From positions 37,465 through 101,464 of the IMG/VR virus record IMGVR_UViG_3300020172_001405: a DNA stretch of 64,000 nucleotides. One strand, written 5' to 3'. How positions within the stretch are numbered: the first letter of the stretch is position 1; every line of letters starts with the position of its first letter. A model generated the notes under the pieces. The model searched no databases. It was not told where the DNA came from and saw only the letters and a list, made by a program, of their open reading frames with translations. Positions 19,691 through 28,613 of this stretch are shown here, one piece after another. A program made the position numbers and the translations under genes. The DNA comes from a virus.

Positions 19691-20310
19691 TGCACTCCTA
19701 TCCATACTGGGTACTCAGGGTCTCCCGCAACAAACATAACCCATACTAGTTGTCCAACTTTAGGGATAAGTCGATGCGGGGTGTGTTCCGCCACTCTAAC
19801 TGGGGCTGAAGATCTATTAGTGCCAAAACCAGCCTCTATAGGGTCTATATCTAATCCCTTAGGCGTTAAGTCTTGTTCTTGAGCATCATTCCATCGTTGA
19901 GTAGTATTTTCTATTGTATCGTGCTTATGGGTCAATTGATGGGTTGTATCAGGAGTTTTTCCAGCATGATTGTTTGTATGGGAAAAAGTAACGGTCACGC
20001 TGTGAGCATGGGCCGGGTCTCCTTCAGTAGAGGTAGTAAATGTAGCGCTATGGTTTCCGTGGCCTAACAACAGAGCCGCCACTTCAGAAGCTAAATGAGG
20101 AAGGTGGTCGGGGTGATTTGCCATATTTGTTATAGGCTGGCAAGACCGAGCCCAGCCAGAAATTTCTTGACCAGTAGACTGCTGTACCTTTACTTTAATT
20201 CTATTCTTTCTTAAAGGATCTTCTATATCTACTACTTTAGCCTCATATATACCAAAAAACCTAAATCGACCTGTAGGATCCATTCCATAGTCTTGATCAT
20301 TTATAATCAT
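19687..20310 (-). CDS. baseplate spike, gp5/gpV OB-fold, with His-rich insertion
   Basis: GIYEAKVVDIEDPLRKNRIKVKV ... IPKVGQLVWVMFVAGDPEYPVWIG. Confidence 0.85.
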   Translation of the reverse strand: MIINDQDYGMDPTGRFRFFGIYEAKVVDIEDPLRKNRIKVKVQQSTGQEISGWARSCQPITNMANHPDHLPHLASEVAALLLGHGNHSATFTTSTEGDPAHAHSVTVTFSHTNNHAGKTPDTTHQLTHKHDTIENTTQRWNDAQEQDLTPKGLDIDPIEAGFGTNRSSAPVRVAEHTPHRLIPKVGQLVWVMFVAGDPEYPVWIGVQ

Positions 20311-20909
20311 TAACTAACCCTCTCATTCGCAGCCCAAGTAACTGGGCGTTTAATAATAGAAAAATCTGGAACAACATCTTGACCCAGATCATTATAGGGC
20401 TTAACGACTACAGAGCTTGGAGGCGTGACTCCGTAGTTAGGCTCTAAAGTAGAGTTATTTATTGAAAAAGAATAGTCTTGGAGCGTAGATAAAGCCGGTG
20501 TTATAGCTTGTCCCGAAAGTTCTCCAGATATGTCTCTTTTTGAGAAGGCTTTATAAGCGTCTGGATTAGTTTGACCTAAAATATCTGTGCCAACCTCCAG
20601 TTTCATCATATATCTTGCTGGGATTCCACCAAATATGTGTTTAACTGAAAGAACTGTCCAATACCCATCCATCCCGTCTGGCAATCCGTCTAAGTAAATA
20701 GGCTCATACGGTTTAACTAGGCAGTCTCCAATTAAATTTACTTTTGCCCTATAAGCATATCTTTGAGCGTCAGCAAAGTCATTAGCAATATATTTACTTT
20801 CAGTAAGAGTAGTGGCTACCTCAAAAACATTATGCTTAGTAAAAGCTGCTTTAGAAGATCCGCTATTACTTTTGTTTACCTTAGAAAATCTAGAGTTTTT
20901 AGAAGTCAT
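20310..20909 (-). CDS. baseplate hub, C-terminal part (gpD/gp27-like)
   Basis: AKVNLIGD...IYLDGL....DGYWTVLSVKH matches the C-terminal barrel of hub proteins; own SD GGGAGG and ATGA overlap. Confidence 0.7.
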   Translation of the reverse strand: MTSKNSRFSKVNKSNSGSSKAAFTKHNVFEVATTLTESKYIANDFADAQRYAYRAKVNLIGDCLVKPYEPIYLDGLPDGMDGYWTVLSVKHIFGGIPARYMMKLEVGTDILGQTNPDAYKAFSKRDISGELSGQAITPALSTLQDYSFSINNSTLEPNYGVTPPSSVVVKPYNDLGQDVVPDFSIIKRPVTWAANERVS

Positions 20910-21772
20910 TGAAGGGCCTCCCAAGCTTTAAAGTCTGCAGAAGTTTCTTCTACTACAACAATTCCTTTATCTTCAAATTGAAAGTCTTTAAGCGCATGCT
21001 TTGTTTCAATAATTGTGCCTGTTTTTTCATTATACCCAGTTATAATTCTGTCTACTCTTGAACCCAGTTCTGGAGACTCATCTGAAACTATTGGATCAAA
21101 AGAAATAATGCTACCCATTGCTCTTTCAAGACGAGTAACAGACCCGCCAAGCTCTTTGTCTACATAGTTAAAGTAAGGTGCTTGATCTTTTTTATTAGCA
21201 TAAATTTTATTTTTAGAAACAAATATAATTGTTGTGCCCTCAACTCTTAGCGCAAATCCAGTCTGCTTAGCTAAGCGGCGTAATAGTTGCCAGTCACTTT
21301 GTCCAGCTTGAACTATAGTTTTTCTTACTCGAGGGTGCCTTTGAGTAACAGCTTTCATACCATATTTAGAGGCAACTTTTTTAACAACCTGGTCTGCGGT
21401 AACATTTTTATAGATTTTTTGGTCTGTATTTTTTAATAGGTATGACGCAGATACGCATAAAATATTTGTATTTTGAGCGTCTGATTCATTTATAGGCTCA
21501 ACAGAGTACACATACCCATAAAAGTTTTGTTTTATATTATTTGTACTATAAGTAAATTGAATTGGGTCACCTGAAGACACAACTGTGCCGTCAGAATAAG
21601 GCTTACCTTTAAAGTGCAGCATAAGACGATCATGTTGATCCCTGTCTTGATACAGCTCTGCGCCTATTAGTATAAGTTTAAACTCGGGAGCTTTAGGAAA
21701 AGAAACCTTATACGAATTGTACTCAGCGCTAGATTCCCAAGGGAAAAATTTTCCAGGACCATTACTTAGCAT
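20906..21772 (-). CDS. baseplate hub, N-terminal part (late control D-like)
   Basis: FYGYV...YKNVTADQVVKKVA...QAGQSDWQLLRRLAKQTGF. Confidence 0.85.
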   Translation of the reverse strand: MLSNGPGKFFPWESSAEYNSYKVSFPKAPEFKLILIGAELYQDRDQHDRLMLHFKGKPYSDGTVVSSGDPIQFTYSTNNIKQNFYGYVYSVEPINESDAQNTNILCVSASYLLKNTDQKIYKNVTADQVVKKVASKYGMKAVTQRHPRVRKTIVQAGQSDWQLLRRLAKQTGFALRVEGTTIIFVSKNKIYANKKDQAPYFNYVDKELGGSVTRLERAMGSIISFDPIVSDESPELGSRVDRIITGYNEKTGTIIETKHALKDFQFEDKGIVVVEETSADFKAWEALQ

Positions 21773-22043
21773 ACGGCATCCTTATTGTTGTGCCGGGTTC
21801 TATAGAAAAAGGGTCAGAAATTAATTGGTTAATTTCTAAAATTTGCCACCAATATTTAGAGTGGCCTATAAAATTTTTAGCAAGCTCCCCTAAAGAGTCC
21901 CCATCTTTCCACACGTAATCAATATATTTATAGATAACGTCATCTGGAAAGTATCTAAACACAGCAATAGTGTACTCGTTTGTGTATTTGTGCTTAACTT
22001 GGGCAAGAGGCCCATCATAATACCTAGATACTCTATCAATCAT
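21762..22043 (-). CDS. LysM / tail X-like baseplate protein
   Basis: YVWKDGDSLGELAKNF....WWQILEIN...PGTTIRMP. Confidence 0.85.
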   Translation of the reverse strand: MIDRVSRYYDGPLAQVKHKYTNEYTIAVFRYFPDDVIYKYIDYVWKDGDSLGELAKNFIGHSKYWWQILEINQLISDPFSIEPGTTIRMPYAK

Positions 22044-23848
22044 GGTGTTGTCGTTCCTGTACTTGCAGTTTTACTTGCATTTGGGTCAACTTCAGGTATT
22101 GTAGAGTCTTCTTTGTTTTTCTTCTTTAAGTAATCGTCAACAGTTGATCCTGATGGATACCTTAAGAAGCTAATGCTGACTATTGAAAGCATTGGAACCA
22201 TTTTGTCAGTAAAAACTACGTGGTCTACGCTTATGTTTTGTAGGGATCCATAATACCGCATATTGTCGTGAAGCACGAACCATAGGGGTACTCCAGTTAT
22301 GTATCCCTTATCCGCAGACTCTCCATCATAGGTTAATAGCGAGTTGCCTTTCATATCTCTATTTCCGTTAACAGCTCTATATAGAAATTCAAGGTCGTAC
22401 TCAGTACCTCGCAATAAAATTCCCTCAACTTCTTCTTTAGATAGCTGTCTAGGGTAGTTTTTTGAATGTAGTGTTGGCGCTGCTTTTAGTGGCATTAACT
22501 CAGTCATATCGGCAATTCTATTTAAGTAAAGAGTAAAATTAACGGCAATATTTCCAGCAATGAGGTTTGCGGGATCTTGAGTAGATAAGGTCCAGTCAAT
22601 AGACGTATTCATAGGAATGCTATAATTCATACTTTGGGGGTTGTACATAAATTTAAATCCAAAAATAGGTACTTTACCCTTTGTTTGAGTAGCTACGTTT
22701 AAAGATTCTGCAGCTCCTTGGCTTTGAAAAATACGGCCAAGGTTATTTCTACTATCTACAAATTGACTAAATACCGAGTTTGCCTTAAAGGTATCAATAA
22801 CAATGCTTTTATTTTCACGCATGGCGGTTTCGTAGTCAGCAACACGTACTCCGTGAGATATGCCCCTAGACACATAATGTGCAGGTGGGTTGTACGTAAT
22901 ACTGTCCGTGCTAGGTATAGTTAATCCACCCTCTGGTGGTTCAGGGGTCGGGGCTACTGGCTCCTCACAGTTTGCAGAATTAGCTTTAAGGAGCAATTGT
23001 TTAGCGTATTTCTCGCTAGGTTGTTTTACAGGTGAGCCAACTAATATTCCGGCCGTGTCAAATCTGTATAAAATCCAACTAGTAGCTATCGCCGCTGGGA
23101 AACGAATGTCTGGCTGCGTAAATAGTATTTTTAAAGCTAACCATTGTTTTTTACACGCATCGTAAACTATGTTATATTGATAATCTGGCACATTAGGTTT
23201 TTCAGAGTAGTCATACCACGAAGTTCTAGTTCCTGCTAGAGGTGGGCTTGGGACTGCCCATGTAGTTCCAGGAAACATAGCATCAATAATTAATTTAAAA
23301 GGTCTAGTTGGCGTTGTTGCTGCAGCAGTAAAGTTAACAGCTGGTACCTTTCCTTTACGGTCATAATTAACGGCATCAAAGGGCAGCGGCGTAGATGACC
23401 CAACTTTAACACTTATTATTGGCCTAGCAGTAGTCTGTACGTCAGAAGTAACATTAAACCAAAATACTGTGCCAGAACCTCCACCTACGTTTGATTCTGG
23501 CTCTTGTTTTATTCCAGTTATTGTTCCCTTAAAAGTTGTGTTAGCAGTTACAGTTACGTTAACGCCACCCTCTTCGTTATCGCCAAGGAAATTAATAGCC
23601 AATTGGTTGCTTTGTTGGGGGGTTCTTTTATAGACTCTAATTCTATATTGAACAGTATTTCGTGTGTTTACCTGTTTTCCATCAGAAGGTATTAAAACCC
23701 ACTCATTACTATAATAAAAGTCAACTGTTTCTCGGCCACCACGCGCCGATGAACTTGAGCCTGCTGCAGAAACAGAGTAAGTTATAGGACTTATATCTGA
23801 GTACTCATACGCTTGAACTGTGTAATAAAAGTCAGCTGCTGAAGTCAT
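22040..23848 (-). CDS. tail tube initiator-like protein with long N-terminal extension
   Basis: C-terminal FKFMYNPQSMNYS...YYGSLQNISVDHVVFTDKMVP domain; sits between tape measure and LysM genes. Confidence 0.7.
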   Translation of the reverse strand: MTSAADFYYTVQAYEYSDISPITYSVSAAGSSSSARGGRETVDFYYSNEWVLIPSDGKQVNTRNTVQYRIRVYKRTPQQSNQLAINFLGDNEEGGVNVTVTANTTFKGTITGIKQEPESNVGGGSGTVFWFNVTSDVQTTARPIISVKVGSSTPLPFDAVNYDRKGKVPAVNFTAAATTPTRPFKLIIDAMFPGTTWAVPSPPLAGTRTSWYDYSEKPNVPDYQYNIVYDACKKQWLALKILFTQPDIRFPAAIATSWILYRFDTAGILVGSPVKQPSEKYAKQLLLKANSANCEEPVAPTPEPPEGGLTIPSTDSITYNPPAHYVSRGISHGVRVADYETAMRENKSIVIDTFKANSVFSQFVDSRNNLGRIFQSQGAAESLNVATQTKGKVPIFGFKFMYNPQSMNYSIPMNTSIDWTLSTQDPANLIAGNIAVNFTLYLNRIADMTELMPLKAAPTLHSKNYPRQLSKEEVEGILLRGTEYDLEFLYRAVNGNRDMKGNSLLTYDGESADKGYITGVPLWFVLHDNMRYYGSLQNISVDHVVFTDKMVPMLSIVSISFLRYPSGSTVDDYLKKKNKEDSTIPEVDPNASKTASTGTTTP

Positions 23849-26800
23849 TAGTATGTCCCTATTCCATTTAAGCGTAGTTCGTCTTCTAAGACTTTTTTAA
23901 ATTTTCTAACCATAGCTTCAGCTTCAGCATTACTTGCTTGAGCTATTTGAACGTGCATGGTCACATTTATGTCTTGTTTTGAAGCTGTAGAAAAACTAGA
24001 CGTACTACGTGAGCTATTAACAGCTTGTGCACCAGTAGTGGCCCCAAGAGACATAGACTGCGCAGATCCAATATTTTCTGACCCGCCAATACCGTCTGCC
24101 CCACCAATACCTGCGGCTTTTTGTGCTGTTGCTGCATCATCTAAAAATTTAGTAAATTTGCCGCTAGTAAAGGTTGTCCAACCTTTCCAATGCTTTCCTT
24201 GGTTACTTTTTTCGTAAGCAGCTGCAATATTATACTCTGCATTCTTTAATCTACTGCCGTCACGATAGGGGTCACTATACGCTTTCCAATCTTTTAAGGA
24301 TCTAATTTGGAACGCGCCATAGCTAGGGCCCCATTTTTCAGACACTAAATGTTTATCACCAACTGCGTCTGCCCGACCGCCGGACTCAGCTAAAGCAACA
24401 GCAAAAGCAGTTTGAAGTGACTTTCCTCGAAAACCTTTTGCATATAGCATCTGCATTAACCCTTTGCGGCTTCCTCCGGTCATGCCAGAGCTGTCTCCTG
24501 AAACTGGGTTTTCTTCTGAGTTAATGATTGCTGTTCCTCGTTTTTTACCTAAACCTACTTTACCGCCGCCGTAATTACTAACGTCTTCCCAACCTACGGG
24601 GCTTCCAGAGCTTATTCTGCTGCTTATTAAAGATCCTAGGTCAGCGGAGCTTATGTCAGATAGTGAAGTAGACCCCGCTGAACCGCTTCCCGAAATTGAG
24701 TGAGTAGAGTCTTGTTTATTTCTATTAAATAATCTATTAATTACTTTTCTACCTACGCTAATTCCGGTAGTAACCATGTTTTTAATAAATTGAAACGCTT
24801 TGCCAAAGAATGATTTAGGATCTTTTCTTCCCTGAGCACCTACGCCACCATGGTCTCTAACCTCAAAGTGAAGGTGGGGACCAGTAGATGTTCCGGCGCC
24901 TGAAGAGCCCTTAGCTCCACCAGACTTTGCAACTTCTTGCCCGCTAACAACTTTGTCGCCCTTTTTAACAAGAAGTTTACTAAGGTGAGCATACATAGTT
25001 GATTTACCACCAGCATGCTTAATAATTAAATATCGTCCATATTGACGGTGCATTCCTGTTTCAGAAACTGTTCCATCTCCTGCAGCCGAAACAGAACTTC
25101 CTACAGCTACGCCGTAGTCAATACCTGAGTGGTTTGAACTAATGCCTGGGTTTCTTGCAGCAGCGCCTGGACGTGGACCATAAGGAGAGGTTACCTTTGT
25201 TCCAGGAGGAACTGGCATTTGTAAGATATTTCCGTTTGCTTTTGCAACAGTTGATGCAACGTTTCCACTTGTTGGCATTTCTGGGCCACCCATTCCATGG
25301 GAACAGCCCATTGATCCGTGGGAACATCCTCCGTCCCCACCTCCCATGCCGCCGTCTTTAACTCCACCAGTTGCTAAGTTTCCAACTCCACCTGCAGCAA
25401 TACCTGCAAAAGCTCCAGGTACACCGCCAGCAGCTAATCCAGTAAGTCCGCCTTGACCTAAATCAAATGCAAAGTTTCCTAGCCATTTAGCCCAACCAGG
25501 TAACTTACTACCTTTTTTATTTAACCACTGCTGCGCTTTTTCCATTCCCGTGTAGATACCCGCAGCTAATCCAAGACGGCCAAATTTTGCTAACTTAGAC
25601 CCCTTAGCAAGAATTCCAGTAGCTTTAAATTTACCTTTACCGGTAAGCATACTCATTAAACCTGCTCCAAGCCCTGTTGCCCCAGCAGCACCCGCAGCAC
25701 CCGCACCACCACCACCAGCTGCAGCTGCAGCAGCGCCTGGCCCAATAATTCCAACACGTTTTGCTAAATTAGCAGCCAGTAACATTTGGCCTATGTTCAT
25801 TGCGCCGCCAGCTGCCATACCACCAAGATTAGAGAGTGTAGCGCCAGTATTACCTGCTCCAGGAAATGTTTGAAGAGCACCTTTAAAAGTCATAAGTGCT
25901 TGAGTTACCGAAGGAAGGGCTTCAGCAAGAGAGCTAAACCCATCATTTACAGATGCAGTAGTTCTAAGAGCTACGTTATAGCCCCCTACTAATCCAGACT
26001 CTGTAGCCTGTAACTTTCTAGCTTCGCTAGTATTGTATCTAAATTGTGATCTAATAGGGCTGTCTTTAGCTACGCCCATTAAATCTAATGCTTTATTTGA
26101 ATTGTTTAGGTCGCTTTTTTTTAATCCCCCGCCTTTTGACGCACGAGCAACAATTCCTGCTTGCAAAACTCCTAGAAGATTAGGGTCTCCGCCAGCAACA
26201 GCCATAAGAGATGCATAACCCTTACTGTTTGGGTTATATACCATCTGCGCTTGTTCTGCGGTTATTTTTTTGCCGCCATATAAAAAGTTATATGTATCAT
26301 TAATAATCTGATTCATTGGTCTTTGGTTACCCTGAGCGTCGCGAGTTTTTACGCCCATACGTAAAAAGCTCATGCCGTTCATACCAGCAATTGCGCCAGC
26401 TACTTGCTCATTTGAACCTCCGCTTATTGCGCTAAGCCCACCAATTTGGCCCATAACGTTTTTAGAGCTTCTAGTATTAGCTAAGTATCCACCTTGATAG
26501 GCAAGAGCTGAAGCAGCCATAGTAGGGCCCATAGCGCTTGTAGCACCATTTCCTACTTGTTTATTTGCAAGCCCAAGAGCTTGACGCGTAGACATCCCAC
26601 TTCTACCCGCGTAAGTGTCTAAAGCCATTCTCTGGGTAACAGCCGCCATAGTGTCTGGGGCCATTGAATACGCCAAGCCACCAACAGCAGCGGTTGCTAG
26701 TGCAGCTCCGCCAACAATTTTTTCAGTGCGAGTAAAGCTGCCTAGGCCAAGTTTCTGGTTTCCATCATACTTTCCACCAGTAGCGGCAGACATAGCCTTA

Positions 26801-26958
26801 GCGGCTTTTTCAAAATTTTTGGCAAATTTATCAGACATGTCAACTAACGTCTTCATGTCTTTTATAAAGCCTTTACCGGCTTTATCCATCTTACTTGTGG
26901 TGCCCGCAGCCTTTTTTTCGTCTTCAGGGGTCACTAAGTTTTGACCTTTTGCCGCCAT
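23848..26958 (-). CDS. tape measure protein with M23 peptidase and lytic transglycosylase domains
   Basis: Ala/Gly-rich helical N-terminus; M23 motifs HSGID, YAHL, STGPHLHFEV; lysozyme-like AVALAESGG...SYGAFQI. Confidence 0.9.
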   Translation of the reverse strand: MAAKGQNLVTPEDEKKAAGTTSKMDKAGKGFIKDMKTLVDMSDKFAKNFEKAAKAMSAATGGKYDGNQKLGLGSFTRTEKIVGGAALATAAVGGLAYSMAPDTMAAVTQRMALDTYAGRSGMSTRQALGLANKQVGNGATSAMGPTMAASALAYQGGYLANTRSSKNVMGQIGGLSAISGGSNEQVAGAIAGMNGMSFLRMGVKTRDAQGNQRPMNQIINDTYNFLYGGKKITAEQAQMVYNPNSKGYASLMAVAGGDPNLLGVLQAGIVARASKGGGLKKSDLNNSNKALDLMGVAKDSPIRSQFRYNTSEARKLQATESGLVGGYNVALRTTASVNDGFSSLAEALPSVTQALMTFKGALQTFPGAGNTGATLSNLGGMAAGGAMNIGQMLLAANLAKRVGIIGPGAAAAAAGGGGAGAAGAAGATGLGAGLMSMLTGKGKFKATGILAKGSKLAKFGRLGLAAGIYTGMEKAQQWLNKKGSKLPGWAKWLGNFAFDLGQGGLTGLAAGGVPGAFAGIAAGGVGNLATGGVKDGGMGGGDGGCSHGSMGCSHGMGGPEMPTSGNVASTVAKANGNILQMPVPPGTKVTSPYGPRPGAAARNPGISSNHSGIDYGVAVGSSVSAAGDGTVSETGMHRQYGRYLIIKHAGGKSTMYAHLSKLLVKKGDKVVSGQEVAKSGGAKGSSGAGTSTGPHLHFEVRDHGGVGAQGRKDPKSFFGKAFQFIKNMVTTGISVGRKVINRLFNRNKQDSTHSISGSGSAGSTSLSDISSADLGSLISSRISSGSPVGWEDVSNYGGGKVGLGKKRGTAIINSEENPVSGDSSGMTGGSRKGLMQMLYAKGFRGKSLQTAFAVALAESGGRADAVGDKHLVSEKWGPSYGAFQIRSLKDWKAYSDPYRDGSRLKNAEYNIAAAYEKSNQGKHWKGWTTFTSGKFTKFLDDAATAQKAAGIGGADGIGGSENIGSAQSMSLGATTGAQAVNSSRSTSSFSTASKQDINVTMHVQIAQASNAEAEAMVRKFKKVLEDELRLNGIGTY

Positions 26959-26960
26959 AT

Positions 26961-27119
26961 TTATCTCACCGCCTTAGGTTTCATTGCAGCTTTACTTAAC
27001 CAAACCATTCTTTCTCTAAAAGAGAGGGAACGAATATCTGTTAACGTCCATCCTGGATAGTGCTGAGCTAGAAGATCGTAGCTATCCATTAGTACGTCAT
27101 AACTTGACTCATTCTCGAA
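26961..27119 (-). CDS. tail assembly chaperone C-terminal extension (gpT-like), probably reached by +1 frameshift
   Basis: Not in the track. The +1 frame reads FENESSYDVLMDSYDLLAQHYPGWTLTDIRSLSFRERMVWLSKAAMKPKAVR*; the GW(T/S)xxxI..L...ER pattern is typical of these extensions. Confidence 0.75.
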   Translation of the reverse strand, partial: FENESSYDVLMDSYDLLAQHYPGWTLTDIRSLSFRERMVWLSKAAMKPKAVR

Positions 27120-27924
27120 ACAAATCCGCTAACGTTAGCGGTAGCGACACCTCCTGCTCGCAACTTGAGCATGTTTTTTTAATCTCGCTTAGTTGTGGGC
27201 CCGGGTTGCGATTGGTTATTTCTTCAAGTAGTGCTCGTCGGTCTTTAATGCTTAGATCACGGATCTGTTGAACGCTCATTACTGGCGCCCCATTAATAGA
27301 AGCTATGCAGCCTTTAAGCAAGATAGTATCTAGCTCAGCTGAGTTCTTATTAGTAGCATTGACTAGTGCTTTTTGAGTTGTTCCTGTAGGAAGGTTTAAA
27401 ACTACTGTTCCAACCTTACAAGTAACTGTAAACTCTCGGTTTTCGTCATTTAGTTTTTTAATTTCAACGTCTTTTTCAAGGTCAATTTCAAAAGTCTTTG
27501 CTTCGCCACAGTTAGGGCACATTGGCCCAACTTTTACGTCTGGACCAAATGTAGCAATTCGAATAGCTAACAGAATCATTTCTCGATCTCCCGCAAGAAG
27601 AGAGTCTAAAGTCTCTTTGTCAGCAGGCTTATCGCCAATTTTTACTGTTGCTTTTTCTAGAATAGCTAGGAGCCCCTTACCAGCATCTGTAATTCTGGCA
27701 AGTTGTTCTTCGTCTGCTCCAGTTAATTCTCTAATCTCTACCGTGGTAGTTAGACCATCAAAAGGGTCAAATAGTCCACCTGGTAGTTCTACCTGAGTAT
27801 CAGGAGGTGATGGGATTTCTGTTTTTGAGGCAGTTACCACCACCTCCTGCTCAGATAAAGCCTGGTTTACAAGCTTATTGGCAAGGGCTGGATCGGATGA
27901 TGCACTGATAGTTTCTGTAGACAT
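27109..27924 (-). CDS. tail assembly chaperone (T4 gp26-like / gpG-like)
   Basis: IRELTGADEE, GDREMILLAIRIATFG, CPNC...CSSC; lies between tube and tape measure. Confidence 0.8.
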   Translation of the reverse strand: MSTETISASSDPALANKLVNQALSEQEVVVTASKTEIPSPPDTQVELPGGLFDPFDGLTTTVEIRELTGADEEQLARITDAGKGLLAILEKATVKIGDKPADKETLDSLLAGDREMILLAIRIATFGPDVKVGPMCPNCGEAKTFEIDLEKDVEIKKLNDENREFTVTCKVGTVVLNLPTGTTQKALVNATNKNSAELDTILLKGCIASINGAPVMSVQQIRDLSIKDRRALLEEITNRNPGPQLSEIKKTCSSCEQEVSLPLTLADLFRE

Positions 27925-27945
27925 ATAGTTTTCCTATTCTTTTAA

Positions 27946-28599
27946 TTAAGAACCAAAGGTTCCGTTTGCGTTGAATTTTTTAGCCGAGCTTCCAGGTTGG
28001 TATGCTACTCCGTTAACTGGGGCAGCTGCAAAAGTAACGTCAAACCCTTCATGCACTAGAGTCATTTCTTCAACCATAAGAGTTGAAGATCCTGCGTCTA
28101 GGTTGCTGTACCCAAGAGAGGTAATCCATGCGTTGTGTACACGGAAGCGCATAGAGGCGTGTTGATCGTATACACTCGCTGCTGCACCTGTTGAATTTGA
28201 CTCAGCGTATGCTGCTGGGTTTGGGTGGCTCAATACTGCGATATCAATATCGCAACGGAAGTTAGCGCCAATGCCGCTTGTAGCGTTTGGTGTTAGTACT
28301 GAGAATAGACGACGCATCCACTTAGCGTGAGCATCATTTCCCAACATTACGCCCTTTGAAAGGCTAATTGGGCCAAATGAACTTTGACCAGGGATCTGGT
28401 GCACGTTTGTGTTGTAGCCGCCTTCGCGGTATGCGATTGACTCTGTTGTAACGCTTAGGCCGGAGAGTGAAACAAACCCCATTTTTCCAAATGAAGTCCC
28501 CCACTTACCGTCAGCGCTTTCTGGCAGAAACTCAACCACAAACTTAAAATTACGTACTGGATCTGTTGCCAGAGTACTTAAGGGGTTAGTATAACTCAT
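27946..28599 (-). CDS. tail tube protein (T4 gp19-like)
   Basis: DPVRNFKF, YREGG, PGQ..FGPISLSKG, NAW, EEMTLVHEG. Confidence 0.93.
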   Translation of the reverse strand: MSYTNPLSTLATDPVRNFKFVVEFLPESADGKWGTSFGKMGFVSLSGLSVTTESIAYREGGYNTNVHQIPGQSSFGPISLSKGVMLGNDAHAKWMRRLFSVLTPNATSGIGANFRCDIDIAVLSHPNPAAYAESNSTGAAASVYDQHASMRFRVHNAWITSLGYSNLDAGSSTLMVEEMTLVHEGFDVTFAAAPVNGVAYQPGSSAKKFNANGTFGS

Positions 28600-28613
28600 T
28601 TCTTTTTATCTCC

